From the NCBI RefSeq assembly GCF_009914755.1, contig NC_060931.1: 64,000 nucleotides of DNA. One strand, written 5' to 3'. Position numbers and translations under genes: made by a program. Positions 59,780 through 64,000 of this stretch are shown piece after piece. The notes beneath the pieces are model-generated. The model was not told the origin of the DNA and searched no databases. It worked only from the letters and a program-made list of their open reading frames with translations. Each line of letters opens with the position of its first letter. Within the stretch, counting starts at the first letter, position 1. This stretch comes from the human T2T-CHM13v2.0 reference genome, Homo sapiens.

Positions 59780-60567
59780 TGTGATTATGGAATCTGGCAA
59801 GTCCCAAGATCTGCAGGGTGAGTTGGCCAGCTGGAGACCCAGGAAAGCCAATGGGTTTAGTTCTCGTCTGAATCTGAAGGCCTGAGAACCACGAGAGCTG
59901 ATGGTGCAGTTCTTGTCTCTGAAGTCTGACAGGCTTGGGACTCAGGGAATTCTGATATTTCAGTTTGAGTCTGAAGGCAGGAAGAAAGCCAACATCCCAG
60001 CTAGAAGACAATCAGGCAGATAGCAAATTCTCCCTTAATTAGCTCTTTTATTCTACTCAGGCCTTTGACTGATTAGATGAGGCCCACCTTCACCAGGGAG
60101 GGCAATGTGCTTTACTCAGTTCACCAATTTAAATGCTAATCTTTTTTCTTTTTGAGACAGAGTCTTGCTTTGTCACCCACACTGGATGAAGTGAGATTCC
60201 ACTTTGCAGTGGCAAGATCTTGGCTCACTGCAACCTCTGCATCCCAGGTTCAAGTGATTCTCCTGCCTCAGCCTCCTGAGTAGCTGGGATTACAGGCATG
60301 TGCTACCATGCCTGGCTAATTTTTGTATTTTTAGTAGAGACAGGGTTTCACCATGTTGCCCAGGCTAGTCTGGAACTCCTGGCCTCAAGTGATCTGTGTG
60401 CCTCGGCCTCCCAAAGTGTTGGGATTACAGGCATGAATCACCGTGCCTGGCCTTAAATGTCAATCTTATCCAAAAATGCCCTCATAGACACATCTAGAAT
60501 GATGATAAACCAGATATCTGCGCAGCCCGGGCCCCAGTCAAGGTGACACATGAAATTAACCATTACA
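59780..60567 (-). mobile_element. MLT2 LTR (partial), split by Alu
   Basis: CAAGTCCCAAGATCTGCAG...GGAGACCCAGGAAAGCC and terminal GACACATGAAATTAACCATTACA. Confidence 0.8.
60144..60452 (-). mobile_element. AluS (Sz/Sx-like)
   Basis: Full dimer; TSD TTAAATG(CT/TC)AATCTT. Confidence 0.9.
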
Positions 60568-60899
60568 GCATTTTTCCCAAGATTCCATAGCTAGTAATTG
60601 GTGGAGCCAGAATTCAAACACTGTGCTGTCTAACTCTGAAGCCCAAGCTCTTGACCACTCTGCCACAGTGCTCCCCACTTAACCCCCCTATATCTCCCTC
60701 ATTTGGGCATTATCCAGAGACAATCTAAGAAGAATTCTATGCTAATTTTCACAGATCTTAGAGTTTGAACTATACAGTTTGAAACTGAGTTACATATTAT
60801 TTTATGTTTCTGCTATTGTTTCCTATATGATTTTTCTCATCCCTCTCATTAGATTGTAAGAAATTTAGAAACAAGGACTATGTCTTATGCTTTAATAAT

Positions 60900-61105
60900 A
60901 GCTAGTATTATTAAATACTTATAATGGACCACGCATTTTACATACCTTTATCCATGGAAGCCTTACAATAATACTAAAAGGTAGGTACTTTGTTATCCCT
61001 GTTTTACTACAGCCCAGATACTGATCAACTTGCACAAAGTTACAGGGGCAGTAAGTGGAGCCATGGTTTGAACCAAGATGATTTGGCCCCAGAACTTGTG
61101 CTCTA
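60900..61105 (-). mobile_element. MIR
   Basis: GGTAGGTACT..TTATCCCTGTTTTAC...AACTTGCACAAAGTTACAG..GTAAGTGG..TTTGAACC. Confidence 0.6.
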
Positions 61106-61189
61106 TTTTTTTAAAAATACCATATGAGTGTATGCTCTGTTTTTTTCCAGTAGTTTAAAACTAGTTCTTTAGTTTCTTTTAAGTACAAA

Positions 61190-61360
61190 TCCACAGTTTC
61201 ATTTCCATCCTATTGCAGATGTGCTTAGGGCAATCACAGAACTCCGTCTAATTTTTGGTTCTTATGAAGGTGATTTTTTTGGTGTAGTTGTTAAATGGGT
61301 GTCCTTGCAGGCAGCATGATTGGTGGAGCCTTCTATCCCGCTATCTTGCTCTGCTCCCCC
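61190..61360 (-). mobile_element. L1M1/M2-type extreme 5' end fragment
   Basis: Reverse complement reads GCAGAGCAAGATAGCGGGATAGAAGGCTCCACCAATC...AAGGACACCCATTTAACAACTA. Confidence 0.6.
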
Positions 61361-61977
61361 TCTCCCCAGAACCTGTCTTAACCATCATGTTTTTTACTTT
61401 CACTTTGACACACTTCTTGTATCCTTTCCTCCCATTCTCAGTACCCATCTAAGTTGGTGGTTTCAGAGATCAAGAGCTCCTTGGGAGGTGGAATGGCTTG
61501 GAGGTTGGCTGACTGTGTGGGATGTAGTCCCTTCCTCAGGGTGCTCCTGGCTTGTGGTTTGGCCTACACTGCTCTCTGGAACTCCTCTGCTCAGACTCCC
61601 GCACCTCCTGGGAAGCCAGGATTAACAGTTCCCAGAGACCCTCCCTCGGGAGGCACTCAGACTGTCCTCACTTGCCCAATTCCTGGTGCCAAGGTTGGGC
61701 ATCAAAAATGCAATGTCACCTTACTAAGCACTGACTGGCTTCTGCTAGCATGAGACACTGCCCCACCAGAGCTGTACAAACATTCTTTGCATAAGGGGAA
61801 ATCTGCAGCCTCATCCAGAGGCTGGGTATGGTGCCTGGGGGTGGGTTGCCAGGCTTGGTCATACCTAGTCCTCTTTGGAGCTGCTGGGACATAACTTGCT
61901 AACTTAGCACCGCAGGGAGTCGGAGCAGAGGGACCCATTGCCCTCCTGCAGCACCGAGGTCTTACCTGCACAAGTAG

Positions 61978-62292
<315 letters not shown>

Positions 62293-64000
62293 TATTTTTA
62301 AATTTTTTTCACTGCAACCATGAGAGATCTAGCAAGCCATGTTTAAATGCCCCTAAAGCAAAACTACTACCTTCAGAAAGTCCTCAGCTATCTAGATGTA
62401 GTCAAATTCAGAATGAGAGTATAGTTTTCAGCTTGGGAAGGTGCCTCTACTTGGTGCCCCTAAACTACTAGATGTCCCGTCATAGAACCTTTCTTAGGGA
62501 GTCATTAACTTTCTCGAAGGCTAGACTGTGAGCTCTTTAACGGCAGAACCAGCTCCTACTACAGGGCCTGGAACGTAGAAGTCTCTTAGGAACTGTTTGT
62601 GAATGATAAAACCTGTAGGGCTTTCGCTCGGTATTTCATCATATTGCCATCGTCAAAAAAGCCTTGCTATAAGGGAAGAATACCTGGAAGAACACAGGAG
62701 GCTTGTGGGTATGTCTCCGCTCTGGGGTGAACCAACTCTGCAACTTTGCCAATACAAGTTTACTTCTGGACCTCAATTAATTTATCTGAATGAATGATGA
62801 GGTTGGATTAGAGAAACTCTAAGGTTCCATCTAAGTTTAGCATTCTAGGACTGTGCATGTGAGATGCTCTGTGTAGAGAGGGGGTTATAGGAATTTGATT
62901 CCTGCCATATCTGAATTTACAAACCTAAAAGTGAATACACGGATATGGACACACTGCCATGGGTTCCACCAGCTCTGGAGCTAGCCTCTACAAGGGATGA
63001 CCGAAAAGGGGCTGGGGATTAGGAGTTAATAGCTTTCCAAGCCCTGGTGGATGTGAAACTATAATCAGGGCACCTGGCTTATGGTCATTAGCATCTGCCT
63101 TTACACCAAGGCCCTGCTGCCCGGGCGCAGATGTTAAAGACCTTTCCGGGAGCTCCCCATGCCTCCCCCATCACGGATCTGTGTAACCCTGCTGACAAAA
63201 CATGATGCAGGCTCCCCACTTTAGGCCATATGCTTGGGAAAAACATCCTTCTGGCAGAGACTCCTGGGGGAAAGGAAAGGCATAACTCTTTGATCTTGAT
63301 CCCTAACAAAGAATTTATCTTGGGATCTTTGAAATCTTGGAAAAAAAACAAAAACAAAAACCCTGTACTTTCAAAGCTTTTCTTGTGTGATGTATTATAA
63401 AACAGGGGGACAAATATTGTCCTCTGGGGTAAATATTCCTTTGTTCTGGAAAGACACTACAATGGATATTTAGTTATTAAAAGGAAAAGTAAATATTCTC
63501 AAATACAGAAATTTAGACCCTGCCTTTCCGAGGGGTTCCGGTGTCATGCACAAAAACATAAAAGGCTGTTTTCATCGTGGATGGTGTTGCAGTTCTGCAA
63601 ATTGTTTTCTACAGGAAAATGTTTAAAGATTTATTCTGCAGAGCCTATGAAAATTGTTTTGCTTTCTTGAAAAATATGTGGATGTCCTTTTTGGAGTGGA
63701 GGCTGGAAGCTCTCGGGGGTGAGTGTGGGGCACTGGAGTCCTATCCTTACTCAGGCTGGTGAAGAGATCACCAGGGGGCCCAGATTTAAAGTGGGGCTTG
63801 TTTGAAGCAGCACTATTTGCGACATTCTATACTAACTCAGACTTTGGAAAAGGACTGATGTGTAATTTACTGCCTCCTAGTTCATTGTCCAAGGTAAGAC
63901 CAACTCTCCCTGAATGGGAAGGACATTTCAGCTGTTAATCATGCACAAAGGGGAGAAAACAGAGAGAACCTGGGGAATATTGAGACCAGGATTGCAGACA

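Noticed and set aside
59430-60011. 193-aa minus-strand ORF
   Set aside because: Spans MLT2, an unassigned LTR-like piece and a poly(A) run; non-ATG start and no domain resemblance.

Overview
Primate (human-like) genomic DNA that looks intergenic or intronic. It is CpG-depleted, has no recognisable host protein-coding exon and is dominated by interspersed repeats. Main blocks: (i) an L1PA element at 3.65-9.02 kb, inserted in a MER30, with a ~0.8-kb ORF1/ORF2 deletion and an apparent subfamily switch; (ii) a ~10.9-kb two-LTR class I ERV (MER4 group, MER61-like LTRs, ATTT TSD, tRNA-Arg PBS, env remnant) at 15877-26762, carrying a full-length THE1A and two Alus and splitting an MLT1F; (iii) a hAT/Charlie transposase fossil followed by nested old L1M, MLT1 and Alu pieces (28.8-38.5 kb); (iv) a 5'-truncated L1PA7/8 whose 17-bp TSDs also enclose a 524-bp non-L1, 3'UTR-like polyadenylated tail (43307-48683); (v) many MaLR/MLT2/L2/MIR/Alu fragments. 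The most notable signals are that L1 tail, a 240-bp patchwork of templated copies at 54053-54290, a 39-bp hairpin tandem array in MER30, the chimeric L1 and a duplicated retroviral 3' end. Subfamily names come from recalled consensus sequences and need RepeatMasker/Dfam confirmation. Long ORFs in the track are L1-derived and the rest appear spurious.
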